DNA from: Azolla caroliniana | Lineage: Eukaryota > Plantae > Polypodiophyta | Length of the DNA stretch: 64,000 nt | Reading direction: 5' to 3' | NCBI GenBank assembly: GCA_043228905.1 | Contig: JBHGNT010000003.1 | Coordinates: 8,556,001-8,620,000, forward strand | Part shown: piece by piece, positions 1 to 12,238 of the stretch | Position numbering within the stretch: the first letter of the stretch is position 1 | Layout of the letters: each line of letters starts with the position of its first letter | Notes under the pieces: generated by a model | Told to the model about the DNA's origin: nothing | Seen by the model: the letters and a program-made list of their open reading frames with translations, nothing else | The model's database searches: none | Made by a program: the position numbers and the translations under genes

Positions 1-213
1 TTTTTTTTGTTTTCTTTGCTTCCTTGTTTCCCGAGGAGGGAGGAGAAAAAGAAGGGAAGAAACTAAAAAAACACAAACAAAACAAAAAAAGTCAAGAGTT
101 TTTTTCTTTTTTTTCTTCGTGTTTTGTTTGTAGGATAGGAAGGGGGAAGGAGGAAGAAAGTTAGGGTAAAGAAAAGGGAGGGGAGGGGGAGGGTATTCTG
201 CTTCTCTTTCTGA

Positions 214-496
214 TTTCTCTCTGTGCTTTTTAGGGTTTCTGCTTCTGTTTTTCTTGGCTATGGCGGAACAGAGCAGAAGAACAAAATTGCCTTTCTTCCC
301 CTGATTGAAGATCTCCACCGTTCTGCTTTCCTTTCTAATTTCTCTCTGTGCTTTTTAGGGTTTCTGCGTCTGTTTTTCTTGGCTATGGCGGAACAGAGCA
401 GAAGAACAGAAGAAGAAGAAGAAGTAAAAAGAAACAGTATAATAATTATCGGTAACTAAATTGCCTTTCTTCCCCCGATTGAAGATCTCCACCGTC
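214..496. repeat. Local direct duplications in a purine/pyrimidine-skewed low-complexity region
   Basis: tttctctctgtgctttttagggtttctgc...ggctatggcggaacagagcagaagaaca occurs at ~214-283 and ~340-409; aaattgcctttcttcccc..gattgaagatctccaccgt occurs at ~284-321 and ~458-496. Confidence 0.8.
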
Positions 497-650
497 CGAT
501 CTCAACCGCCCGATTCGCGCCACGTGTCCCACCCTCCTCTCTCTCTCTCTGCTTCTTTCTTCTCCCTTTCCTTCTTCTTCTTCTTCTTCCAAAATGCTTC
601 TACAAAAAAAATTTAAAAAATAAAGAACAGTAAAAAAGAGACTCAAAAGT

Positions 651-1082
651 GTAATAATCGGCAACGGTTCGGTTCGGCTTGAGAGTGTCAAAACCGAACC
701 GGTTTGAAACCGATCCGTCTACCATTTCTTGAAACTACCGAACCACGAAACCGCTAAACCGAACCGTTAAAAAATTTCCAAACCGTTAAAACCGCGATTT
801 CATGGTTCGGTTTTGGTTTTCAATTTTAAATTTTATTATTTTAAACTTTAAATTTTCAAAATTTTAAAGATTTTCCTAAAATGTGACAAAGGCTTCAAAA
901 TGAAAAGATTGTTTAAAAGCAATTTTTTTTATTTTAAAATAATAATAATAATAATAAACCGTTTAAATCGAGGTTTCTAGCTATTAAAACCAAACCGAAC
1001 CGTTTAAAAAAACTTGAACCTGAACCGAACCATTTAAACCGTTAAGCCGCGGTTTCGCGGTGCTGTCCGAACCGATTGTTAC
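651..1082. mobile_element. Putative MITE or non-autonomous hAT-like DNA transposon remnant
   Basis: Imperfect terminal inverted repeat GTAATAATCGG (651-661) / CCGATTGTTAC (1072-1082); dense AACCG/CGGTT motifs at both ends around an AT-rich core; no clean TSD seen. Confidence 0.4.
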
Positions 1083-1467
1083 TCAAGTGATAAATTTTCC
1101 CTACTTTTTTTGTTTTTTTACAAATATGACCAAAGAGATAGATAGATAGATTTTTTTTATCATCCGCAGAGAGGCCAATCTAGACCCATGAAGAAATATC
1201 GTGTGGGAAATTAGTGTGTCGAGAGTGCGGGAAAAAAAACCTTATCTGGGGATTTATATGGGGATGTTTTTTTTCCTGTTGTAGCTGCTTGTAATATGTT
1301 GCTTTCTTGTTGTTGCGTATGTCGATCAACAATGCAATTCACACCGCTTTATCTCCCTCCACTTACATCGATCAATTTTGGAGGCAACCTCAATACCAAA
1401 TCAAGCATCTTAGCAAAAAAAAACCGAAAAATGAAGACTTTTGATTATCTCACACTTACAGACAACA

Positions 1468-1496
1468 ATATATACATATGTATATGTATATATAAG

Positions 1497-1537
<41 letters not shown>
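1468..1537. repeat. (TA)n microsatellite
   Basis: TA run, pure from ~1500 to 1537. Confidence 0.95.
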
Positions 1538-1539
<2 letters not shown>

Positions 1540-1816
1540 TGATATTGGAGTATGCAGCACAATTGGAATATGCGTAATGCTTTCATGTTTGATGGTAAAC
1601 ATTGGGTGAAAAACAATATGAAGAAATTGAAAGGCATTATTATGTGGAATTTCGAGATGTTAGAGAATGTGGGGATCATTTCCTCAAGTGCATATTCAGG
1701 TTTTCTAATGACTTTATAGGATGTCTATCTCCCAACATAGGATAGGTAGTCAGCGTAGACTAAGAAGTTGTCAAAAATGGATTTTACATACAATTAATAT
1801 AATTGTGTGCTTTTAC

Positions 1817-1818
<2 letters not shown>

Positions 1819-1870
<52 letters not shown>
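1819..1870. repeat. (GA)n microsatellite
   Basis: Pure AG dinucleotide run. Confidence 0.95.
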
Positions 1871-1873
<3 letters not shown>

Positions 1874-4066
1874 TTTGCATTAGCCTTTTTCACATGGGAC
1901 TCTATAGGTTCATAAGGATGTACCTAGAGATTAGGGATGTTATGGGAACCTTGATTGATTTTGTGGTGAACTGATAGGATATTATATTCCATCATATGTA
2001 ATCCGACTTTTGTAATTAGTACATTATTATTTATGGAAAAAGATAGACCACTTGAGAGTTTTGAAAAATGAGGGTTTTCTACGAATTTCGGAAAAATAAG
2101 GGCCTTAGGGTAAATGTCTCTAATAATCACATGAATAAACGTATAGATCTTGCGGTGAAGTTTATGCTTTATTACCTGAAGGTAGTGGGATTGTTAAAGT
2201 AACATTAACTAAAAATTGGTTCAAAACTTAGGTACTTGGAACAAGGACAAACATTAATATAAATGTAAAGAGTAGTTATCCTTTAGGTCCCACTGAAGCT
2301 TAGTCTAACCCTCGCAAATAAAACAAATTGAATGAATCCCAAGCTCTTAAACAAGCATGTAAATAGACTTTCTTTGAATCTCTTTTGATGCATACACCAC
2401 ATTTTGGTTTATCATGAGATTCCCCCGTGTTTTAGGAGAGAGTCAAGGCTAGGAATCGAAAGTCCTTGCAATAGTGCTAGGAACCTATGATCAACGTGGG
2501 ACAATTTGCAATCTTGTCCTATATCCATTTCAACATTTTCCATCAAGAATGGTTTGTTTTCTTTTAAAAAAGACAACGCGTGTTTTTTACATCCATTGTT
2601 GTGGACTAAATTTATGCCACGTCAATAAACATCTAATCTCATAAGCTTGCACTTATTTGATAGTTTATTGGTTGTAATGGGCCATTGCATTTGATAAATA
2701 TTATCTATGTTTTCTTGATAGGGATATAGAGGACCACCACATTTCATTTGATCATTTTGATCTTCAAATTATTGATTATGAGGTTCCACTATATATGATC
2801 ACTTTTTGCAAGTACAACGTAAGATTCAAACTAGGTACGTCATGGTCATGGATTGGCTTACCATTAAGCGAATCAAATTTTATTGTGTTAATCTCTTTTG
2901 AACCTTCTAATTGGTTTTTGCTTGATGGGAAAGTAAACATTCACCCTTTTATGACTCGAGAATTGAATGATAACTTCTCTGGCTCGTAAACATTCACCTT
3001 CTTAATTAACTTATTGTCTAATTATATGACCTTTTGTCTTATTTCAACACTATCTCAACAACCTCATATTGTCATGACCATTTATACAAAATAACATACC
3101 TCTTTCTTTTTCAAGATTTTTTCAAGCTTCATTGTCGTAATGGAGTTTATCAACACGCAAGAGTACATACATGTGTGTTCTATCTAAATTTGATTGTTTA
3201 TCAACCAAATTTGTGGCATTAAAACAAGACAAACCAAGATTGCTGAGGGATTTACAATGACATCGTTGAGGTAACATAACAATATAATGCCCAATCAAAA
3301 CACATTTCCCAATTTGAAACAACTTTATTATCTTTTATGTCAACAAAATTGAGTTTCCTAAACCACACAAAGGAACCAATCATGAACCTACTACAAAAAT
3401 TTGATTGTACTCAATCTCCATTTCGAGGATTTATAAACCAGGTGTGCCTTGTCATTTATATGCATCCCAATAGATAACCACTGAATGTTCCTCGAGTTGG
3501 GTTGGTGGGAACACTACTAGTAAGTATGATTCTTTAATTATTTTATCAAGGAATTCAAAGTAAGTGTTGGGGTAATGGATAGTGTAAGAACAATAATAAA
3601 CAATATCTGAAGCTTGAGGCAAGGAGATTGCCCTGCCTTAGCTTATGCAATAATTATTTGCCTCATTGCATTTGATATTCCTTGGGGTTCCATCATGGGC
3701 TACGTAATGATGCAACGGATTTACTTCTCACTTTCGATGAAGATCCAAATTCACTGATAGAGGCCACAATCACTAGTCAAGCAATACAATGTGATAGTTG
3801 ACACTATTTGAGCGATGTTTTGAATGTCAATAAATTCTTTGCTTAAGGACCATGAAAACTTATGCATCTGCGCTAGTAGTCCCACCTTCAAGACCCCTTC
3901 AAGAACCTAAATTGTTTTATAAAAGATGCTTCCACTCCAATGGAGATTGATATAATAGAGCATTGAAGCTAAAAAGCAACAATGTCAAGCAAACAATTCA
4001 TTTCTATATTGTGGTGGTCGATGACACATAATATGATCAATTGTCCTCATTGACCTAGAGAACAAG

Positions 4067-4529
4067 TGTAAGAGACATAGACTAATGTAAGCATTAGATA
4101 AGGATAGAATATAGATGAATAGATAGATCTAGAAAGGAGAGAGAGAAAGAAGGGTGCCGATCCACCCGATCACCCCTGAGCGAAGGGATCGAGATGGACT
4201 CGAGCCTCGATCGGCGTCCCATACCACTGCCGTGGCATCGAGTCGTACCTAGTGCTGGCGCGCTTGCTACAAGAGTTGACCCACCACAAGACAAAGTCTC
4301 GACGTAGTCAACAAGATGATGAAATGAGGGTAGCTAGGCCTCTTATTTATAGCGATACCCAAGGCCCCCATGCAAGTTCACACTTGGCCTAATGGGTTGT
4401 CTCAATCTTGAGGATTAAAAGTAATCCTCCCCTTCTTTACACTCTCGTTTAACCCTCACACTTATCCACATGTATAGAATACTACGGTAAATTTTGACCA
4501 CGGGATATTAGATGGTCATGCCCATAACA
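4067..4529 (-). repeat. 3' LTR of element A
   Basis: Direct repeat of 17648-18110, a few percent divergent by eye. Confidence 0.95.
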
Positions 4530-5236
4530 TACTCCCCCTCTTTAAAACATTGCACTCTTGCAATGGAAAGTTAGGGAAGTTAGTTCTGAGAGTACTTTCG
4601 CGTTCCCATGTGGCATCTTTTATTGATTTATCCATCCATTTTATTTTAAATTCTTGGATTTCTTTAGTACGTAATTTTTTTGTTTTAACATCGAGAATTC
4701 TTTCTAGTACATGTGGTTTAGAAGATACATCTTCAGAAGTAACCAGAGTTTCAGTTGTGATTGTATTGTCGCTAGAACCTAGAAGTTCTTTTAAACGACT
4801 CACATGAAAGACTGGATGAATTCCAACACCATCGGGAAGAGCGAGACGATAGGCTGATGACCCAATACGTTTGAGGACTGTAAAAGGTCCACAAAACCGT
4901 GGGGCTAACTTAGCGCACTTACTTGTAGACAATGTCTTAGAATTGTGAGGTACACGTAAAAATACCTTATGTCCAGGGTTGAATACACAAGGTTGCCTAT
5001 GATGATTGACATAAAAACGCGCTCTATCTTGAGCTGTTTTTATATTATCTTGTGCAATATGCAACATATCTTGCATATCCTGAAGAAAGTTTTGTGTACT
5101 TCGCAACTCATCATGATGTATATTAACATCAATCGGGGCTCGTGGTTGAAAACCATACATCAACATAAAAGGACTATATCCCGTCGACGTATGCTTGGAG
5201 CTATTATAAGCAAACTCCAAAATTGGGAGATAACGT
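4516..5236 (-). pseudogene. Element A integrase C-terminus with GPY/F motif and chromodomain
   Basis: YLPILEFAYNS..TGYSPF, KLAPRFCGPF..IHPVFHVSRLK, then ERILDVKTKKLRTKEIQEFKIKWMDKSIKDATWE. The upstream part of ORF 4516..5718 is LTR B read-through. Confidence 0.9.
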
Positions 5237-5881
5237 TGTCGTGAAGAAAACTGTCCCCAGGCGCAAACCGTGTATAGCGTGTGTGAACCGGCCCTTACAG
5301 GTGGACACGCCCCTTGTTGTATAGTAGATAGGTAGGCACAAAAGTCGAATCCTAGGTAGCAATATTCTATAGAGAGAATTAATGTGATGTAAACGGGTGA
5401 AACGGCCTCCCTCCTTGAGCTATAAAAGAGAGGGAGACGGGGAGAGAATGTATTGTGCGCTAGAGGGGACGAAGTGCTGTCGGACTGGGACCGAGCTCTT
5501 CTTCTTTGTCGTTCTCCATAGTTTTCTTTTGCGCAGGTTCTCAGGAGGCTGATTCTGCTCCGTGGAACGCCCGTGTGCTTCCGACAGAATCTCCATCTTG
5601 CTCCCCTGTGTGCGTGGGTGATCAGGCGTCGGCATCCATCTCGCCGACCTGATCGGCTGTAACCGTTCGAGTCGTCTGCAAACATACATATTTTATTTAC
5701 ATACGCTAGTGTTCTCAACTCGTGTCTCCTGTGTTGTTGGGCCGCGTTCCCGTGCGCTTCTTTGTCTATACGTGTGTGAGCGTCTCTCTCTTTCCTCCCC
5801 TTTTCTCACCTATTCCTCGGTCCAAGACCCCAGTGGTCCCGCCTTGTTCTCCACGCACGCGCGTAATAACGCGACATCTTT

Positions 5882-5898
5882 TGGTGAACCCGATGTGA
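5882..5898 (+). promoter_or_regulatory. Primer binding site complementary to the tRNA-Trp 3' end
   Basis: TGGTGAACCCGATGTGA, one mismatch to the reverse complement of the plant tRNA-Trp end TCACGTCGGGTTCACCA (recalled sequence); perfect copies in C and F. Confidence 0.85.
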
Positions 5899-5920
5899 AT
5901 AGGCGGCAGAGGAGTAGAAG

Positions 5921-8037
5921 ATGAGGGGGTCGGACCTCGTAGAAGCCATGGCTTCGGCTGTGGACCATATAGTGAGTGCGCGCGAAGGCACCGACGCCCT
6001 TGATAGGGCTATCGAGGCGGTTGTCGGTACGATCGGCCGGTTTAGTGGGAAGGATGCCACGAGCTACTTGGCGTCCTACCGGGCTGAGATGGTAATGAGG
6101 GACATTCCGGAAGAGACCGGATTCCCTCGAGTGGCAATGCTGGGCATCCATACGGAGGTGCTCGAGGTACGGGCCGAGAGCCGGACCTGGGAGGAGTTCG
6201 AAGGTCGGCTCATCGAAAAATACGGGCTTGAAGATGCGCTTCGACTTTCGAAGCGGGACTTCATGGAGTGGGTGGAGACCCCCAACAAAGGAAGGAACGC
6301 GTCGGTGCTCCTCCGGGAGTTTGAGGAACGCTTCGCGCGCCTCTCGATGCTTGACCGAACCGTTTTGGACACAAGCCATGTCCTATTGTTTGTTAAGTCA
6401 GTTGACGAGCGGGATCGGGAGCAGGTAGGCCTCCTATTGGAGACTGATGACGGGCTGACGACCGATTGGGCTGTGGTGAAAAGGGTTTGTGGCCATTTTG
6501 ACAAACGGCGGGAATGGGTTGACAAAGGATCGACAGGGGCGGGCTCTGTCGCAGCAAGGAAGCTCGAGCCAACACCACCAACGTGAAGGGAAGAGACCCG
6601 AGATTAGCTCAAGACCGGATCGGCTTCGACCGGCATGGTCAAGGGCTCGTCCAGGGGAGCAACTCTGGAGGAACTAACGCAGATGGTAAAGGATCTCCAG
6701 ATCGCCCAAGCACGGAGGGACGGTAGCGAACAGGGCCGTGATCGATGACCTCTGGCTGGAAATAGGTGCATGTGGTGTGACGCGGTTGGCCACATCCGGA
6801 AGGACTGCGGGGACTTCGCCGAGGCGATGAGAAGCAACGTGGTGTACTTGTGGAACGGTCGGGTGCACGCCAACGAGACCCGAAGGGCCCTAGACCTAAA
6901 CGTCGGGCGAGGATGTATGAAAAGGCTGATGGAGGAGGCGACGACTCGTCACGCGGAGACCGTCCACTACTCGGCGTCAACTGGTATTCGGGTCGGAGGT
7001 GGCGAGGCCCCGAAGACGAACCAAGCCGGGTTCTGGCCGACGATGCTAGAAGGCCTCGCCGGCGCACGACTAAGGAAAGAAGAGGCGAACCGCGTGGAAA
7101 AACGGGTCCGGGAGGTAATCGGGTGGAGTGACCCGGTGGAAGAAAAGACGAGCTTCGTCGAAGCCGCTTGTCAAAACTACAAGGCTCTGGTGGAGGACAA
7201 GTGGGTAGGGAAAACTGGAGGGGCTGGGCCCTCGCAACGATATGAAACTCGATTCGGGCAAAGGCGGAATGAGGCCAGTGTAACCGGCGCCCAGGATAAT
7301 CCCAAGAGGGGCGGGTACCGGCTGGGCACAGAAATCGAAAGATCCACGGACCTGCGAAAGGTCCTGGAAGAACGAATCCTCGATAGCAAGGTGGAACTGT
7401 CGCTGAGGGAAGTGCTCGGGATCGCCACGAAGGAGTTCCACGACTCCATCGTAGACTTGGTGAAGAGGAAGAGGCTGTTGACGGAGACAGAACCGGAGAA
7501 GCCGGTGGAGGTGCGGATGATGCACATAGAGGACATGGCACGGGAAGAGAGTTGGCGGAGAGCCACTATTTGAGGCCGCACTGGGCCAGAGCGACCACGG
7601 AGACCCCCATGAAGATCGGAGATGTTCATGAACCGGTGGTGGCGTTGGTGGACCACGGTTCAGAAATCAATTTGATGTCCATGGACTTCTACAAGAAGGG
7701 GAAATGGCCGACCAACATGAAGCACGGGTGGAAAATACGGGCGGCGACGCGTGCCACCGAAGAACTGCATGGAGCCTGCCCGAATGTACGAGTAAAGATC
7801 GGCGATGTCGAGATTGACCAGCACTTCTTCGTGTAGGAGACGTCCTCACATTCGGTTATACTAGGAGAACCGTACATCACGACAGCACGGATGGAGACCA
7901 AGGTGCTGGATAATGGCTCGGCCTATGCAAGGGTCAAGAGCCAAGATGGGCGTCACTTGGTCCAGTTCCTGACGGTGAGACCGAACAATGAGCGGAACCG
8001 CGAGACCCTCGGGGGCGAAAGCCGAGAGGATTTTTAG
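5921..8037 (+). pseudogene. Element B ORF1: gag (capsid-like region, CX2CX4HX4C knuckle) plus aspartic protease
   Basis: ORFs 5921..6586, 6770..7573 (C-MW-CDAVGHIRKDC) and 7552..7836 (ALVDHGSEINLM); ends EDF* at 8035-8037. Confidence 0.85.
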
Positions 8038-11000
8038 AGAGGGCTATCAAGGTGTGGGGCCGCGATAGTATGGACACTCCGGGAAAACCCCACAAGTGTA
8101 TGATAGCGAAGAAGACCTGTACTATAAGTAGGAAATTTTGGTTCTCCGACAACGGAGGGTGTACGATAGTCGACGTCGTTGGCCGGAAGAAGAAAAGGGC
8201 GGAGGAGCGACTTCGGGCATGTGGTATCCTCGGCCCTGGAGAGGAAATCAACGGAGCCGTGGAGGCGGTCTCTTTCGACGATACCTTGGGGGAGCTGCGA
8301 GAGGTAGTCGGAGGAGTCCTTAAAGAGGACCGGACGATTCCGGTATGTTCGGAAAGGATGTACGAAGTCATCGCGGACTTCAGTAGAGGGCTCGAGTCGG
8401 ATCAGACGGCCCGGGTGGACATGAGGTACAAGATTGTGGACCGGAAGGTGAGGCCAGTCGCGGCTCCCTTGCCGGAGGGCAGCGAGTTGCGAATAAAGGG
8501 GGTTGCGTCGGACCCGAGTTTACAAAATCTGGCCCGCATAGGACACACGTTCACCGACATAACGCTACGTGAGCTCAAAATCGGTGGGGGCGGCTTCCTA
8601 CTGCTGGTGGAAGAGGACCGGTTTCGGGGAATGCTCGGAAGGCACGGGAAGGCTTTCGCATTCTCACCGGAGGAGATCGGGTGCGTAGACCCGACAGTCG
8701 TAGAACCGATGGTGATATTCACGGTACCGCATGTGCCGTGGAGTCTCAAACCGATTCCAGTACCCAGAGCTCACATCCCGAAGTTGATGGAGCTGTTAAA
8801 GCAGAAGGTTGAGATGGGCATCCTCGAACCGTCGAGTGCCCCATACTCGAATCGGTGGTTTACCGTGCCGAAGAAGGACGGCACGCTGCGCTTTATTCAA
8901 GACCTACAGCCGGTCAACAAGGTGACCATTCGAAACGTAGGAATCGGACCGACAATAGACGAGTTCACGGAGGCCTTCGCCGGAAGGTCGATTTACTCGG
9001 TCGGTGATCTCTACTCGGGGTACGATCAGTTCCAGCTAGCCGTAGAGAGCAGAGACATCACGACAATGCGAACTCCTCTCGGCCTAGTACGGATGTGTAC
9101 CCTACCGCAAGGAGGGACGAACTCGGTGGCTCACATGGTGAACGCAATGAACAAGGTGCTGAGGGATTGTATCCCGGACATCACCGAGCCGTTTTTGGAC
9201 GACGTCCCGATCAAGGGATGCCCGGTGGAGGAAAAGGACGAGACGATCGGACCGGACGGGTGCCGGAAATTCGTGGCGATGCACATCAATGACTGCGAGA
9301 AGGTGCTGCAGAGGTTAGAGGGCGCGAGGCTCACCTTCTCCGGGGGAAAATCGGCCTTCGGGCAATCAGAGATCATGGTCGTCGGACACCTATGCGGGTC
9401 GTACGGGCGGAAACCGTCTCCGGCTAAGGTAGAAGCCATCTCCGCGATGAAGCACGACTGTAGCTCGGTCACAGAGGTTCGGAGGTTCTTGGGAGCATGC
9501 GCGTTCTACCACATTTGGATCCCGCATTACGCCCACGTCGCGGAGCCGTTATACGGGTTGCTGAAAAAGGGGCGAAAATTCGAGTGGAGAGACGAGCATA
9601 CAGAGTCTGTCCGAAAGATGAAGGAAGCACTTGCTGCAGCTCCGGCGCTCCGAAAGGCTGTCTACGGAAAGGACACTCCAATTTACGTAACGGTAGACAC
9701 GAGTCCGACCGGGATCAGATGGGTCGTCAACCAAGAGGACGAGGACGACATGCGTTTCCCGACCCGGTTCGGCGCGAAGGTCCTCAACGAGCGACAACAA
9801 GGATATGCCCAGGTTAAACGCGAGCTCTGGGGTATCGTTTCAGCGGTAAAGGCCGATAAAGACTACCTGATCGGGACAGAGGTAATTATTGAGACAGACT
9901 GCCTGCCAATTCTTGGCATGGTTTCTGGATGCGCGACGTCGGACCTGGCAATGCTCAGGTGGATATAGTAGATCAAGTCCTTGAATCCGGAAATACGACA
10001 CATTTCCGGGAAAGGCAATGCCATGGCCGACATGCTTTCAAGGGCGAGGTTCGCAAATGAGGGCGGCATGGTTTCGGAGGACGAGGAAGTCGGCGTGGAC
10101 TTCTTCGAGGCGGCTTACGTAACAACCGGCAGGGAATGCACTCCAACACTTAACGATTTCGACGAGAGCAAGTACAACGGGGAGTGGCTGCAGATCGGTG
10201 GGTTCCTGAAAACAATGGCGCCGGACGTGGCATGGACAAAGGATGAGGCTAACCGGATTCGAAAGAAAGCGTACCGATTCTTTCTCTAGGACGGGTACAT
10301 ATGGAAGCACCAGAAGAAGAGGAACGACATCCCGCTCCGAGTGGTGGCGAAGAAGGAGGAACAGGAGGATTTGCTGGCGGCATACCATGATAGTCCTTGG
10401 GCTGGACACCGTGGAACGTGGGCCACGTTCGAAAAGCTAAAGGGGAAGTACTGGTGGCCGGGACTGTACCGGGACGTGCATCGGTTCGTGAAGACTTGCG
10501 AAAGCTGTCAGGTGCACTCCATGATCCGACATTGAGACGAGCTTCACCCGACCTACCCTCCGACCGTCCACTTCAAGTGGATGGTGGATTTGGTGACGAT
10601 GCCAATGGGGGTAGGATAGATGCGGTATCTGGTGCTGGCTCGGGAGGATCTAACGAACCAGGTTGAAGGCCGAGCCCTGCAGAACAAGACGACTGCAGCC
10701 GTGTTCCGGTTTTTTATTGAGGACGTGGTATGTCGATACGGGTGTGTAGGAAAGATTGTGGCTGACCGTGGTGAGTTGGAGGCAGAAGAGGCCAAAGAGC
10801 TGTTCGACCGGCTGGGAGTCAAACTTTCGCTCACCACAGCGTACAATCCGGAGGTGAACGGAAAGGTAGAGCGCGGACATGGGCCGATTGTCAAAGCGCT
10901 AGTACGGGCGTGCGGAGGCCAAGTCGGGAACTGGCCACGACTGCTACCTTATGCCTTGTGGGCGGACCGGACTACGCACAGTTCGGTAACCGGGTTCATG

Positions 11001-11522
11001 CCGGCAGAGCTTATGTTCGGACAGAAGCCGATCATGCCAACAGAGCGAACGATCTCCTCGTGGGCCACGGTGGACTGGAGGGATGAGATGAGCCGGGAGG
11101 AACTATTGGCGGCACGGATTCGACAGCTCGAGCGGAGGCCGGAGGTCGTAGAGCGAGCCGCAGAGAAACTTCGGGTAGCGAGGATAAGGAACAAAGCCCG
11201 GTTCGACCGAACACACCGGCTCCGGCCAAGGAAGATCGAGGAAGGCGATTGGGTGCTAGTCTACGACAACAACCTCGACAATAAGCACAGGGCCACGCGG
11301 AAGTTTGCGAGGAGGTGGTTTGGGCCTTACGTAGTAACAGGCGCCAACGACAATGGGACGTACCATCTCGCGGAGCTCGACGGTACGAGAATGGCGATAC
11401 CGGTAGGGGGGAAGAGGATCAAAGCGTTCAAGAAACGACACGACGGCGAGCCAGAGCTAGGAGGCATGGATAGCAACGACAAGCAGCCCGAGGTGGAGGA
11501 CGAACCGGTAAACGAGGAATAA
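8031..11522 (+). pseudogene. Element B ORF2: RT, RNase H and integrase in the -1 frame, with several point stops
   Basis: 8052..9968 (LPQGGTNS..FLDDVPIKG; VTVDTSPTG..KRELWG), 9981..10289, 10341..10535 (HHCC zinc finger), 10620..11522 (DDE core, RWFGPY). Confidence 0.92.
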
Positions 11523-12238
11523 AAGCAAGGACCGGTTTTCTCCAGTAGGAACCCAATTTTGGCGCATACCGGTGGATGCGCGGTTAGGTGGGGGCGGATG
11601 TCGTGAAGAAAACCGTCCCCAGGCGCAAACCGTGTATAGCGTGTGTGAACCGGCCCTTACAGGTGGACACGCCCCTTGTTGTATAGTAGATAGGTAGGCA
11701 CAAAAGTCGAATCCTAGGTAGCAATATTCTATAGAGAGAATTAATGTGATGTAAACGGGTGAAACGGCCTCCCTCCTTGAGCTATAAAAGAGAGGGAGAC
11801 GGGGAGAGAATGTATCGCGCGCTAGAGGGGACGAAGTGCTGTCGGACTGGGACCGAGCTCTTCTTCTCTGTCGTTCTCCATAGTTTTCTTTTGCGCAGGT
11901 TCTCAGGAGACTGATTCTGCTCCGTGGAACGCCAGTGTGCTTCCGGCAGAATCTCCATCTTGCTCCCCTGTGTGCGTGGGTGATCAGGCGTCAGCATCCA
12001 TCTCGCCGACCTGATCGGCTGTAACCGTTCGAGTCGTCTGCAAACATACATATTTTATTTACATATGCTAGTGTTCTCAACTCGTGTCTCCTGTGTTGTT
12101 GGGCCGCGTTCCCGTGCGCTTCTTTGTCTATACGTGTGTGAGCGTCTCTCTCTTTCCTCCCCTTTTCTCACCTATTCCTCGGTCCAAGACCCCAGTGGTC
12201 CCGCCTTGTTTTCCACGCACGCGCGTAATAACGCGACA

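Larger units (their letters stand above)
5237..12238 (+). mobile_element. Element B: full-length non-chromovirus Ty3/Gypsy, tRNA-Trp primed (Phygy-like by inference), nested in the A integrase
   Basis: 640-bp LTRs at 5237-5876 and 11599-12238 (about 10 differences by eye); 4-bp TSD ACGT, whose removal restores the host frame KWERYLP; PBS 5882-5898; PPT AGGTGGGGGCGGA before 11599. Confidence 0.95.

Noticed and set aside
1100-4066. Possible host gene or transposase remnant in the AT-rich unassigned region (e.g. a DIPWG-like peptide near 3675)
   Set aside because: Only short ORFs with stops, several driven by microsatellites; no recognisable domain; needs a translated search
4516-5718. 400-aa ORF as a novel fusion gene
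   Set aside because: Chance read-through from the antisense LTR of B into the A integrase tail at the insertion junction
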